DNA from: Candidatus Paceibacter sp. | GTDB lineage: Bacteria; Patescibacteriota; Minisyncoccia; UBA9983 | DNA: 64,000 bases | Assembly: GCA_013360865.1 (NCBI GenBank) | Contig: JABWAS010000003.1 | Span: 681-64,680 of the forward strand | Reading direction: 5' to 3' | In this document: positions 18,026 to 28,492 of the stretch, piece after piece | Position numbering within the stretch: position 1 is the stretch's first letter | How the letters are laid out: every line of letters begins with the position of its first letter | Made by a program: the position numbers and the translations under genes | Notes under the pieces: model-generated | The model's database searches: none | Told to the model about the DNA's origin: nothing | The model's input: only the letters and a program-made list of their open reading frames with translations

Positions 18026-18451
18026 TTAATCGTCGCCTTCGCAACCGGGGAAGGCGTACCACGATTCGGAAAAATCTTTGTCCGCCAGAGCCCCCAAAAC
18101 AGTGTTTACCATAACCCACGCCGCGAAGGTTATAAAAAGACCGACCACGGCGGCCCAAACAGCGTTGGTGCCGGATGACTTTTTCTTCTCGTTGCCCCCG
18201 GAAGTTATAAGCATTATGCCACCATAAATAAGAATTATCGCGCCCAGCGGAGCGGCGATGGTGAACGCGGCGAAATTAACCACGTTGGAAACAAGTTCAA
18301 ATATGTCGCAGATCTTGCAATCAAGGCCGTCGCAGGGAATAATGTCCGATTTTTCCTGGGCGAAAGCGGGAACGCTTAAAAAGAGATTGGCCGCCATAAA
18401 AACCGTTCCGATTATCGCCGCTTTTAAAATTTTTGTTTTCCTTTTTATCAT
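18026..18451 (-). CDS. Small secreted 2-TM protein, VirB2/TrbC-pilin-like, paralog 1 (141 aa)
   Basis: Signal peptide …PAFA-QE, CDGLDCKIC, loop TSGGNEKKKSSG, second TM AVWAAVVGLFITFAAWVMVNTVL. Confidence 0.45.
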   Translation of the reverse strand: MIKRKTKILKAAIIGTVFMAANLFLSVPAFAQEKSDIIPCDGLDCKICDIFELVSNVVNFAAFTIAAPLGAIILIYGGIMLITSGGNEKKKSSGTNAVWAAVVGLFITFAAWVMVNTVLGALADKDFSESWYAFPGCEGDD

Positions 18452-18463
18452 TTTTTAGATTAG

Positions 18464-19783
18464 TTAAGGTTTCTTCAGCAGCTGGTCAATTTTTCTCTTT
18501 GCCGTCAGAACAGCTTCGGAAACGGTGGCCCGGCCCGAGGCCGCCGACTCCGCCATATCTTTGAAAACCAGATAGGTCGCCTGGGCGTCCGGGTCAATCC
18601 AGGCGCGGGTCATCACTGCCGCCTTGTTTATCAGGGAAAAGTAGGCGTCGGAGCTCCTTTCGGCCAAAACGTCTCTTCTGGGGGAAGCCAGTCCGGCGGC
18701 CTGGGAAAACCTCTTGGAATTCGCTCCGGAGGTCATAGTGGCGATGGCCGAGAAAGCAGCCTGCTTTTTCGGGGAATTTTTCAGAATCGCCAGTCCGTAA
18801 ATTCTGCCGAAATCCAGCTTACTCCTTGCGTCTTTAAGCTGCGGAACCTCGGCAATGTCAAAATCAAGATGGGGATTTTTGGCTCGAAGTCCCGGCGCTT
18901 CGCCGGCAAAGCCGAAATACATTGCCAATGATCCGCGGGCGAACATCGCGTCCGATTTGGGCAGAGCCTTGTTCCAGGAATAACTGTTTTTGGATGGATT
19001 GGAAAATTCATTGAAGAACCGTACCGAGGCTTCCGCCGGGCTCACTTGTTTTCCACCGCCATCCAACGCCGCTCTCAAGTTACCTCTTGAGTCAGCTTTT
19101 ACTATCGGCTCGCCCGCCTGCAGCATAAGCAGAGACATTATGTCCTTCGCATTGCGAACGTTAGTAAATTCTCCCAGCGCCGCGCCGGACACCTCCACGT
19201 TGCCGGCCTCGTTTTTCTCGGTAAAGATTCCGGAATATTGGGCGAACTCGTCCCAGTTTTTGGGCGGCTGGCTGATGCCGGCGGAAGAAAACATTTCTTT
19301 GTTCCAGTAAAGAATCATCGGGTCAACGAGAAACGGGACGGCCGTTATGCCGCCGCCGCTTTTATCCATATAAATTTCCGCGCCGTCAATGAAGTTGTCC
19401 AAAAAACTCCTTTCCGGATAATTGACGAACGGCACCGTGTAAATTCTTTCTTTGTTTTCCAGAACCATATCCTGGCTTACAATCCAGAAGTCCGGCCCGC
19501 GGCCGGAAGCCAGCGCTTCTATCGTTTCGCTTTCGTAGGTCGCCGGATTTTTTTCCTCGTATTTTATGTTGAAAAAATCTTTGTTTTCTTTGTTTATCGC
19601 CGAGACGACCGGCCAGATTTTTTCCTGGGGCAAAGTTCCCCACATCACCAGATTGGCGGCCGGGCCCCGCTTGTTTTTATTTTTGTAGCCGGGCAGGAAC
19701 CCGCCGAAGATCATCACTGCCAGAACCGCGCCTAAAATGAGGACGCCCGTGACCGCTATGGGGAAAAAGCTAATTTTTTTCAT
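18464..19783 (-). CDS. ABC transporter substrate-binding protein (family 1, sugar-type), membrane anchored, with no adjacent permease genes
   Basis: N-terminal TM anchor, then …ANLVMWGTLPQEK… with a MalE-like fold pattern. Confidence 0.65.
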   Translation of the reverse strand: MKKISFFPIAVTGVLILGAVLAVMIFGGFLPGYKNKNKRGPAANLVMWGTLPQEKIWPVVSAINKENKDFFNIKYEEKNPATYESETIEALASGRGPDFWIVSQDMVLENKERIYTVPFVNYPERSFLDNFIDGAEIYMDKSGGGITAVPFLVDPMILYWNKEMFSSAGISQPPKNWDEFAQYSGIFTEKNEAGNVEVSGAALGEFTNVRNAKDIMSLLMLQAGEPIVKADSRGNLRAALDGGGKQVSPAEASVRFFNEFSNPSKNSYSWNKALPKSDAMFARGSLAMYFGFAGEAPGLRAKNPHLDFDIAEVPQLKDARSKLDFGRIYGLAILKNSPKKQAAFSAIATMTSGANSKRFSQAAGLASPRRDVLAERSSDAYFSLINKAAVMTRAWIDPDAQATYLVFKDMAESAASGRATVSEAVLTAKRKIDQLLKKP

Positions 19784-19787
19784 CGCT

Positions 19788-20318
19788 TTATTGTTTTCTG
19801 AATATTAGCCCGTAATGATTGCTCCCGGCCGGAAATTCTCTTTCTTCCGTAAAACCTTCCTGGGTGAAAATTCTTTCCGCCTCTTTTTGCGCGACAACCG
19901 CCGAGGGCGCCGGGCCAAGCCCACCCGTTCCGGACTCGCTCCAGTCTATGACGGCGGCTCTGCCTCCGCTTTTCAAAACGCGGCTCGCTTCCCTGGCCAG
20001 GCCGATTTTATCCCGAAGCTGGAACAGAATGTTGGAAATGACGAGGAAATCAACGGCGCCGCTGGCCAGCCTTGATCCTTCCGGTCCTTCCAAATCGGCC
20101 CAGACTATTTCCACGTTTGTCAGGTTGTTTTTGCCCGCCTCCGTTTTAATTTTCTCCAAAAGATTTTTCTGGATGTCCACCGCGTAAACCGTTCCCGTGT
20201 TGCCGATTCTTCTGGCCGTTTCCAAAACGTAATGGCCGGAGCCGCTGCCGAAATCGGCCACCGTCATCCCCCGCCTCAACTCAAAATTTTTTATTATTTC
20301 CGAAGGATTGAGGAACAT
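19788..20318 (-). CDS. Class I SAM-dependent methyltransferase
   Basis: Motif I VADFGSGSGHY; motif II/III pattern. Confidence 0.7.
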   Translation of the reverse strand: MFLNPSEIIKNFELRRGMTVADFGSGSGHYVLETARRIGNTGTVYAVDIQKNLLEKIKTEAGKNNLTNVEIVWADLEGPEGSRLASGAVDFLVISNILFQLRDKIGLAREASRVLKSGGRAAVIDWSESGTGGLGPAPSAVVAQKEAERIFTQEGFTEEREFPAGSNHYGLIFRKQ

Positions 20319-20421
20319 AAAATTAGTTTAAAGTTTTTAAAGTTATAAAGTTCATAAAGTAAGTTTTTTATTTTTCAGATAATCCAAACTTTATAAACTT
20401 TCAACTTTACAAACTTTTAAC

Positions 20422-22872
20422 TTATAAGCATGTCATTGACGCGATGCTGTCGTCCGGCTTCATCCTCATTATTCTAACACCTTGCGTCTGCCTGCCCAGC
20501 ACCGGCACTTCCGCCAGCGAAGTCCTGATGACCTGCCCTTTCTGGGAAATGGCAATCATCTCTTCCACTTCGGGGCCGACGATTCTTGCCACCATCAATG
20601 GTCCGGTTTTGGGCGTCACCTTAAAGGTCTTGATGCCCGAGCCGCCCCTTTTCTGCAGCCGGTAATTTTTTATGCCGGTTTTTTTGCCGTAGCCGTTTTG
20701 CCCCATCGTCAAAAGATACTGGTCTTTCTTGCCGTCCGTGGCCACGTCGGCTCCGACAAGCTCGTCTTTTTCCGCCAGCTTGATGCCCCGCACGCCTCCG
20801 GCGGCCCGCCCCATTGCCCGGATATCGGATTCCTTAAACATTATAGACTGACCAAGTTTCGTGGCCAGAATCACATAATCGTTTTTGGAAACAAAATGGG
20901 TGAACTTCAGCTCGTCGTCTTTCTCCAACCGGATGGCGATGATGCCGTTGCGCCTCACGTCCTTGAAGCTTGAAGCGTCCACTTTTTTGACCGTGCCGTT
21001 TTTGGTGGCCATCACCAGGAAGTTCTGGGCTTCTTTGGCCGATTTGGGCGCCACCAAAACCGAGGTGACTTTTTCCTCGCCGGAAAGAGCCAGAAAGTTC
21101 ATAATTGATTTGCCTTTGGTGGCGCGCTTGCCTTCCGATAGTTCGTACATTTTTATCTGGTACACCTTGCCTTTGTCGGTGAAGAAAAGCAGGTCGTCAT
21201 GGGTGTTTGCGGTGACAAAAATATTCACAAAATCTTCTTCTTTTGTTTCAATATCGGCCACCCCCATGCCGCCTCTCTTTTGGGCGCGGTAAGCCTCTGG
21301 GTCCGTCCTTTTTACATAGCCGCCCTTGGTCAGCGTCATCACCTGGTCTTTTGATTCCACAAGATCTTCCTCCGACATCACTTTGGCGGCGCGGGACATG
21401 ACTTTCGTCCTTCTTTCGTCGGCGTATTTGTTTCTCACTTCCGTAAGCTCATCTCTGATGACCTTCATTATTTTCTTCGGGTCGGCCAAAAGAGAGCGCA
21501 AGTCTTTGATGAGTTTTTGCTTCTCCTTCAGCTCGTCTTCAATTTTCTGCCGCTCCAGATTGGCCAATGACTGCAGCTTCATCTCCAGAATGGCGTTGGC
21601 TTGTTTGTCGGAAAATTTGAACTTGGCCATCAACTGCTTCTGGGCGTCGTCCCTGTCTTTGGATGCCCGGATGGTTTTGATTATCGCGTCAATGTGGTCC
21701 AGCGCTTTCTTCAAACCTTCCAATATATGAGCGCGGTCCAACGCCCGGTTGAGGTCATACTGCGTTCTGCGGCGCACCACTACTTCGCGGTGATTAACGA
21801 AGTGCTGCAAAATTTCCTTCAAACGCAATACCTGCGGCTGGAGACCGTCCACCAAAGCGATCATGTTGAAGTGGAAAGTCTTTTCCAAATCGGTGTGTTT
21901 GTACAGATTGTTTAAAACATTCTGCGGATTGATGCCTGTTTTCAGGTCAATGACTATTCGCACTTTTTCTTCCCTGTCGGATTCGTCGCGGATGTCTCTT
22001 ATGCCTTCTATTTTTTTGTCCCGCACCAGGTCGGCCATCTTCATTATCATTTCCGATTTGTTAACCTGATACGGAATGGATGAGATTATTATCTGGAAAC
22101 CGCTTCTGTCCGACTCCACTATCTCCGCTTCGCCCCGGGTGACCACGCCGCCGCGGCCGGTGGCGTAAGCCTGCTGGATGTCTTTGGCGTTGAATATCAG
22201 ACCGCCGGTCGGAAAATCCGGCCCTTTGACGAATTGCATCAGGTCGTCCAAAGAAGCTTCCGGATTGTCTATAAGATGGTTAGTGGCGTCTATAACTTCC
22301 CCGAGGTTGTGCGGCGGGATACTGGTCGCCATACCCACGGCGATGCCGAAAGAGCCGTTAATTATAAGTTGAGGAACGGCGGCCGGAAGAACTGACGGCT
22401 CCATCAATCGGTTGTCGTAATTAGGCTTGAAGTCCACCGTTTCTTTTTGGATGTCTTCAAGCATCTGGCCGGCCACGGAAGTCATTCTGGCTTCGGTGTA
22501 CCTCATGGCCGCTGGCGAGTCGCCGTCTATGGAACCCCAGTTGCCCTGGCCGTCCACCAGCGGGTATCTCATCAAAAAGTCCTGGGCCATTCTGGCCATG
22601 GCGTCGTAAACGGGAATGTCGCCGTGGGGATGATATTTACCGAGCGTGTCGCCGACGATGGCCGCCGACTTCAAAAATTTAGCCGAGTGGCTCAAGCCGG
22701 CCTGATGCATGGTGTAAAGAATTTTCCGGTGCACCGGTTTGAGTCCGTCGCGTACGTCCGGCAAGGCGCGGGACACGATGACGGAAACGGCGTAGTCTAT
22801 GAAAGACTCCCGCATTTCCTGCGAGATGTCTCTTTTTACGACTCTTGTTTCTTTATTATTGTTGTTCTCCAT
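20422..22872 (-). CDS. gyrA: DNA gyrase subunit A
   Basis: …[29 protein letters not shown]…, the active-site region with the catalytic Tyr, and the C-terminal beta-pinwheel repeats. Confidence 0.9.
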   Translation of the reverse strand: MENNNNKETRVVKRDISQEMRESFIDYAVSVIVSRALPDVRDGLKPVHRKILYTMHQAGLSHSAKFLKSAAIVGDTLGKYHPHGDIPVYDAMARMAQDFLMRYPLVDGQGNWGSIDGDSPAAMRYTEARMTSVAGQMLEDIQKETVDFKPNYDNRLMEPSVLPAAVPQLIINGSFGIAVGMATSIPPHNLGEVIDATNHLIDNPEASLDDLMQFVKGPDFPTGGLIFNAKDIQQAYATGRGGVVTRGEAEIVESDRSGFQIIISSIPYQVNKSEMIMKMADLVRDKKIEGIRDIRDESDREEKVRIVIDLKTGINPQNVLNNLYKHTDLEKTFHFNMIALVDGLQPQVLRLKEILQHFVNHREVVVRRRTQYDLNRALDRAHILEGLKKALDHIDAIIKTIRASKDRDDAQKQLMAKFKFSDKQANAILEMKLQSLANLERQKIEDELKEKQKLIKDLRSLLADPKKIMKVIRDELTEVRNKYADERRTKVMSRAAKVMSEEDLVESKDQVMTLTKGGYVKRTDPEAYRAQKRGGMGVADIETKEEDFVNIFVTANTHDDLLFFTDKGKVYQIKMYELSEGKRATKGKSIMNFLALSGEEKVTSVLVAPKSAKEAQNFLVMATKNGTVKKVDASSFKDVRRNGIIAIRLEKDDELKFTHFVSKNDYVILATKLGQSIMFKESDIRAMGRAAGGVRGIKLAEKDELVGADVATDGKKDQYLLTMGQNGYGKKTGIKNYRLQKRGGSGIKTFKVTPKTGPLMVARIVGPEVEEMIAISQKGQVIRTSLAEVPVLGRQTQGVRIMRMKPDDSIASMTCL

Positions 22873-23224
22873 TTATTTCTTCTTCTGCCGTCGCTTCTGT
22901 TTCCGTTATTTCCGCCTCGTTTGTTTCCGCTTCATCCAAACTTCCTGCCATATCGCTTAAACCGCCAGCCATTTGCGCCACCCCATCCTCAACCATCTCT
23001 TTAAATACGGCAAACGGCGACGATACGGCGGTTTCTTTTTTCAGGCTTTCTCCCGTCGTCAGCCTCAATGTGGAAACCCAGGCGGCTACTATAATAAACA
23101 TAATAACAAAAAGGCTGACAAAAACTATCCGCCGTTTTACATGGTCGGGCTTTTTCTGCATATTTTCTATTTTATCAATTAAAGACATCTCTTTAATAAA
23201 TCCGAATATCGAAATTCGAAACAA
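22856..23224 (-). CDS. Hypothetical single-TM protein with acidic C-terminus
   Basis: ORF with a TM helix [17 protein letters not shown]; overlaps the gyrA start by 17 nt. Confidence 0.35.
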   Translation of the reverse strand: MFRISIFGFIKEMSLIDKIENMQKKPDHVKRRIVFVSLFVIMFIIVAAWVSTLRLTTGESLKKETAVSSPFAVFKEMVEDGVAQMAGGLSDMAGSLDEAETNEAEITETEATAEEEINGEQQ

Positions 23225-23326
23225 TATCTAAATTCAAATATTTAAATCCTAAAAGTTTTGAATTTTGATTTTCCATCATTTTGAATTTGTTTCGAATTTC
23301 GTGCTTCGTGTTTCGTGTTTTAATTT

Positions 23327-23959
23327 CTATACCGCCGGCTCCAAAACCACGACTTCCGTCTTTTTGTCCGCCAAATCTTTTCTTTTAATGGTAAGCTTGT
23401 CAGCCGGTTTTACCCCTTCGCTGCCGAACTCTTTCAAAAACTGCTTCAGCTGAACTTCTTTATAATGCATCGGGATGACAATTTTCGGCTCAATGTGGGC
23501 GGCTATGCCAGCAGCTTTCTGCGGGTCCAACGCGCCGCTTCCTCCGATAGGCAGAAAAAGAATGTCCACTTCGCCGACATCGGCTTTGAGCTTCGGGTCA
23601 ATATCTTTTTCGCCAAAGGCGCCCAAGTGGCAGATATTGATATCTTCCAAAGATAGCGCGTAGACGGTGTTTATTTTCCCGCCGTTGGAACCGATACCTT
23701 TTATATGTATTCCTCTGGTTTCGTATTCGCCCTTGCCGTCTATAAGAAGAGTTTTGGCGGATTCGTCGCCTTTTTTGGCCAAATTTTCCCAGCCGTTGTA
23801 ATCCTTGTCGTTTTTGCTGACAAAAACCACATCGGCGCCAAAACGCGGCGATTTGTATTCCGATTCTTTGGCCGGCGGATTAAAAGCCAGCACAAAGTCA
23901 CCCGATTGAACCTTAAAGCACGCCGCGCCGTAATAAGTGATTACCATAAGTGATGACAT
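23327..23959 (-). CDS. MBL-fold metallo-hydrolase
   Basis: Beta-lactamase-fold pattern …VVFVSKNDKDYNGW…DILFLPIGGS…. Confidence 0.65.
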   Translation of the reverse strand: MSSLMVITYYGAACFKVQSGDFVLAFNPPAKESEYKSPRFGADVVFVSKNDKDYNGWENLAKKGDESAKTLLIDGKGEYETRGIHIKGIGSNGGKINTVYALSLEDINICHLGAFGEKDIDPKLKADVGEVDILFLPIGGSGALDPQKAAGIAAHIEPKIVIPMHYKEVQLKQFLKEFGSEGVKPADKLTIKRKDLADKKTEVVVLEPAV

Positions 23960-23960
23960 T

Positions 23961-24419
23961 TTAGCAAAATTTTAGAAAACGATATAGAGTTGACAAAGTA
24001 CCATAAATATTGTTATTCTGTGGAATTTTCACCCTTATAAATATCAATTTTAAAAAAAGGAGAGAACGCCGGATTAAGTTCTTTTTCTTGTAAAACTTGT
24101 ATATGGCGGTGGCGGAAACATCGGTATTGAATTTTCTTTTAATTAACATTCTCATTTTCTTCGGACCGTAATTCAATCTCAACTTTTGTTCACTGATAAA
24201 TATTTTCAATTCACCCTTGATTTTTGTCTCCGGACGTTCTTTCTTTGACGCGTATATTATTGAACCGCAATCAATGTTTTTCCATTTGTAATATGTTTTG
24301 CGAGAGATGAAATACAAACCGCACACTTCATCAACCGTTTTCCCCAATTTCTCGACCAAAAAATACCACTTTCTCCTGACTTTGGGCGCGTACGCCGCTG
24401 ACTGCTTTTTGTTGGCCAT
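23961..24419 (-). pseudogene. N-terminal HTH fragment of an IS481/IS3-type transposase-integrase (no DDE core present)
   Basis: …ISRKTYYKWKN… and …LRLNYGPKKMRMLIKRKFNTDVSATAIYKFYKKKNL… match the transposase N-terminal HTH plus integrase leader. The ORF then degenerates, and the region is AT-rich. Confidence 0.45.
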
Positions 24420-24616
24420 GTGATTAAATTGTTATCTGGTAAAGATGGTTAACCTTTGTCACCTCAATTTACCAGAAATGTCACCCCATATGGCTAACTG
24501 TACGAAAACTTGCAATATTTTTTATGTTATACTACTTTTATGTGCAAAACTTGCGCAAAACACAACCCGAAGAAAAAGGGTAAAAAGAAAAAGTAAATTA
24601 TTCAACCAATAAACTT

Positions 24617-25270
<654 letters not shown>

Positions 25271-25749
25271 CGGCGCGAAATTTTTTTCTAAAACGGGAAT
25301 ACTGATGGCCGTCGTCAGTTTCTTCGGTCTGCTGGACTCTTCTTACCTTGCCTCCAAACATTACTCCGGCACATTGCCACCCTGCGGCTTGTTCCAGGGC
25401 TGCGACGTGGTGACAACGAGCAAATTCGCCGAGATCGGCGGAGTTTCCGTGGCTTTACTCGGGGCGATATATTATCTTGTCGTCCTTCTGGTTTCCATAA
25501 TTTACCTGCAGACAAAAAATAAAAAAATTCTTTTCTTCCTCTCCTTATTCGTCCCCGTCGGGTTCGCGGCTTCGGCGTGGTTCTTTTTCGTGCAGGCCTT
25601 CGTTCTAAAATATTTCTGCGCTTACTGCCTGTTCTCCGCTTTCACCTCCACCACTCTTTTCGTCATAGGATTGGCGACATTTTTCCGACTCAAAAAAGAA
25701 ATTCACACCGGAGTATTGCAAGAAAATCCGGCAGGATTATAATGATTTT

Positions 25750-27489
25750 TTGTTTATTATGAACTCCGGCGCCGGTTTTGGGTTTCTTTTTGCCAATTTA
25801 AAAAGAAACTGGAAGTCAGGGATCACCGTTTCCCTCGTATCCATACCGCTTTCGGTTTCTTTGGCCGTGGCCGCCAATGCCACGCCGCTGATGGGCATCA
25901 TTACCGGCGTCTGGGCCGGATTGATTGCTTCGTTTTTCGGCGGCAGCAACTTCAACATTGTCGGGCCGACCGGCGCCCTGTCCGGGATTTTGGCGATGTT
26001 CGCCATCACCCACGGCGTCGGCGCTCTGCCGGCCTTGGCCGTGGCCAGCGGCGTTATAATCCTCGTCTCCTTCGCCCTGCATTTGGAAAAATACATCATT
26101 CTTATCCCCTCCAGCGTCATCCATGGGTTTACTTTGGGCGTAGCCTTTATCATCGGGCTCAACCAGCTCAACTACGCGCTCGGCCTGCAGGGACTTCCGG
26201 CGCACGAAAAGTTCATCAACAACGTGGCCGAATCATTAAGGCACATCGGCCGGTTTGACGTCTGGGCGTTGGCGCTTTTCGCCATAACTTTGTGCATCCT
26301 GTTCGTGTTTTTGAAACTTGTTCCCAAAATCCCCGGACCGATAATCGTGGCGCCGCTGGGAATATTTTTGGGTTACCTTTCCGAAAACGGAATGATAGAA
26401 GCGCAGTTCCAAACCCTGCACACGAAGTTCGGGGAGATCGGCTCGCAGATAGCGCAACTGCCGTCTTTCTCGTCGTTTTTCGGCAATTTTACGGATATGG
26501 GTTTGATAAAGGCCTCGTTGGCTATCGCCGTCGTGGCCATTCTGGAGACGCTCATCTCGGCCAAAATCGCCGACGGCATGACCAAAACAAAATCCAAGCC
26601 CCGCAAGGAAATGTTCGGTCTCGGTCTGGCCAACATCGCTTCCGGACTTTTCGGCGGCATACCGGCCACCGCCGCACTGGCCCGGACTTCGCTTAACGTG
26701 AAAAGCGGCGCGACTCACAAAATGTCGGCCACCATCAGCAGCATTATGATAGCCGCGATATCGCTGATGTTTCTCTCTTACTTCAAATATTTGCCCATGG
26801 CCGTGGTGGCTTCTATCCTGGTTTACGTGGCTTTCCGCATGGTGGAAGCGGAGCACTTCAAACACATTTACACCCACGACAAATCCGCCTTCGGCCTCAC
26901 TCTGGCCGTGGCCGGCATCACCGTCGCCCAGGACCCGATAATCGGCATTTTGGTCGGCTCGGTCATCGCCCTGCTTATTTTCGTCAACCAACTTTCCAAA
27001 GGACAGAGCGAAATAATCATCAACAAAGACAAAAAAATGATCGCCCGCATCCAGACGCTCAAATTCAACGAAATAGAAAAACATTCCGGAGACGTGGTGG
27101 TGTACAGAATGGCCGGCCAGATGAATTACATCAATTCCCAATCGCATTTGGACAATTTGAGCAAGATAAACGGAGCGCACACGGTCGTCCTTAATTTCAG
27201 AAACTTATTCCACATAGACTTGGACGGGCTGGACGCTCTGGAGGAAATAGTTTCTTCCAACGAGGCCAAAGGGAAAAAGGTGATGGTGACCAGCGCGGGG
27301 CCGTTTATTCTGCCGGCGCTGGAAAGAGAGCCCTGGTACCAAGGCTTGAAAAGCAAGGGTTTAATTTTCAACAGCACCACGGACGCTTTGGAATCGCTTG
27401 GTTTTAAACTGGACAAAAACGCGGGCAAAGACGGCAAAGGCGGGGCGCTATTGCAGGATTGCGTTCAGTGTGGTACAGTAGATAACTAG
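25750..27489 (+). CDS. SulP family anion transporter with C-terminal STAS domain
   Basis: …SLVSIPLSVSLAVAANATPLMGIITGVWAGLIASFFGGSNFNIVGPTGAL…, with a STAS-like C-terminus. Confidence 0.85.
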   Translation: MFIMNSGAGFGFLFANLKRNWKSGITVSLVSIPLSVSLAVAANATPLMGIITGVWAGLIASFFGGSNFNIVGPTGALSGILAMFAITHGVGALPALAVASGVIILVSFALHLEKYIILIPSSVIHGFTLGVAFIIGLNQLNYALGLQGLPAHEKFINNVAESLRHIGRFDVWALALFAITLCILFVFLKLVPKIPGPIIVAPLGIFLGYLSENGMIEAQFQTLHTKFGEIGSQIAQLPSFSSFFGNFTDMGLIKASLAIAVVAILETLISAKIADGMTKTKSKPRKEMFGLGLANIASGLFGGIPATAALARTSLNVKSGATHKMSATISSIMIAAISLMFLSYFKYLPMAVVASILVYVAFRMVEAEHFKHIYTHDKSAFGLTLAVAGITVAQDPIIGILVGSVIALLIFVNQLSKGQSEIIINKDKKMIARIQTLKFNEIEKHSGDVVVYRMAGQMNYINSQSHLDNLSKINGAHTVVLNFRNLFHIDLDGLDALEEIVSSNEAKGKKVMVTSAGPFILPALEREPWYQGLKSKGLIFNSTTDALESLGFKLDKNAGKDGKGGALLQDCVQCGTVDN

Positions 27490-27567
27490 AAACGTTTTCT
27501 TTTAAATAAAAAGCCGGAATGCCGGTTATATAAATATAAATATTTATTTTATAAGGAGAATTATTAT

Positions 27568-27789
27568 ATGAGTACAGTCGTCGTGGCAAAGAGAAAGAGG
27601 GGGACCAAAAGAACGCAAGAAATTATTTCAGTTGCTGCAATATATTGCACACACACCGGATTATTCTGTGCCACCCATGCCGGTTGCGTGTGGCTAAAAA
27701 GAAGCAAATCGCCCACTGATCTCTGTTTCACCCAGGAAAAAAACATGGAAGCGACGCAGATAAATGAGTACGAAACAATGCTTCGTTGA
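27568..27789 (+). CDS. Small Cys/Thr-rich protein (73 aa), standalone with its own SD and terminator
   Basis: SD AAGGAGAA 8 nt upstream. A basic N-terminus is followed by CTHTGLFCATHAGC…C, and a terminator hairpin follows. Confidence 0.4.
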   Translation: MSTVVVAKRKRGTKRTQEIISVAAIYCTHTGLFCATHAGCVWLKRSKSPTDLCFTQEKNMEATQINEYETMLR

Positions 27790-27827
27790 GCTAGCTATTT
27801 AATTTTTTATATTTTATCTCCTTAAAC

Positions 27828-27858
27828 AGCCCCGCCAGAGGTCGGGGCTTTGTTTTTT
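27828..27858 (+). terminator. Rho-independent terminator (AGCCCCG…CGGGGCT plus T-run)
   Basis: 7-bp GC stem followed by TTTGTTTTTT. Confidence 0.65.
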
Positions 27859-27894
27859 CATTTTAAAAGTCCCCTTTTGCTGTATAATAATTGG

Positions 27895-28440
27895 ATGGCG
27901 CTGATACAAAATATTGACCTCTGGGCGGCCGGTTACGCCGAATCAATACGGAGCGTTTTTTTGACTTCGTTTTTCAAGACTGTCACTTACTTAGGCGAGT
28001 GGTCTATTGTTCTGGCGGTAGCCATAATCGTCGCTTTAGTTTTGATTACCAAAGGGAAAAAGGTTTATGCCCTCACTCTGGCCTTGATAACATTTTTAAG
28101 TATCGGCTCCGTCTTTATTTTAAAATACGCTATTCAACGCCCACGGCCAATTGACGGCATTATTGACGAAACTTCATTTTCTTTCCCCAGTCTTCATGCC
28201 GTTCTTTCCGTAGCTTTTTATGGTCTGATAATTTATTTTTTGTGGGAAAGATTTAAAAGCCCGCGGTTCCGCTTTTTTAAAATATTATTCGGCCTTGTTT
28301 TGGTGTTGTTTATCGGCTTCAGCCGCGTTTATCTTGGCGTGCATTATTTGAGCGACGTGCTGGGCGGTTATCTTTTGGGGCTGTTCTGGCTGACGGCCGG
28401 AATTTACGCTTCTTTTAAAAGTGGCAAGGCGAGACCTTGA
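27895..28440 (+). CDS. PAP2-family phosphatase (undecaprenyl-diphosphatase-like)
   Basis: KYAIQRPRP, SFPSLHAV, SRVYLGVHYLSDV; the start is moved to the first ATG after the terminator. Confidence 0.7.
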   Translation: MALIQNIDLWAAGYAESIRSVFLTSFFKTVTYLGEWSIVLAVAIIVALVLITKGKKVYALTLALITFLSIGSVFILKYAIQRPRPIDGIIDETSFSFPSLHAVLSVAFYGLIIYFLWERFKSPRFRFFKILFGLVLVLFIGFSRVYLGVHYLSDVLGGYLLGLFWLTAGIYASFKSGKARP

Positions 28441-28471
28441 CATAAGTCATGTCAAGGTCTCGCCTTGCCAC
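28421..28471. repeat. 51-bp palindrome GTGGCAAGGCGAGACCTTGACAT aagtc ATGTCAAGGTCTCGCCTTGCCAC overlapping the PAP2 stop
   Basis: 23-bp perfect arms; it shares the GCGAGAC/GTCTCGC core with 44161-44204 and 51961-52007. Confidence 0.8.
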
Positions 28472-28492
28472 TTGCCAAAACCATAATCAACC

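Noticed and set aside
23200-23326. Short CGAAATTCG / CGAATTTCG and TTCGTG repeats in the intergenic region upstream of the MBL hydrolase
   Set aside because: They are very short, AT-rich and low-complexity, and could arise by chance. No larger structure was found.
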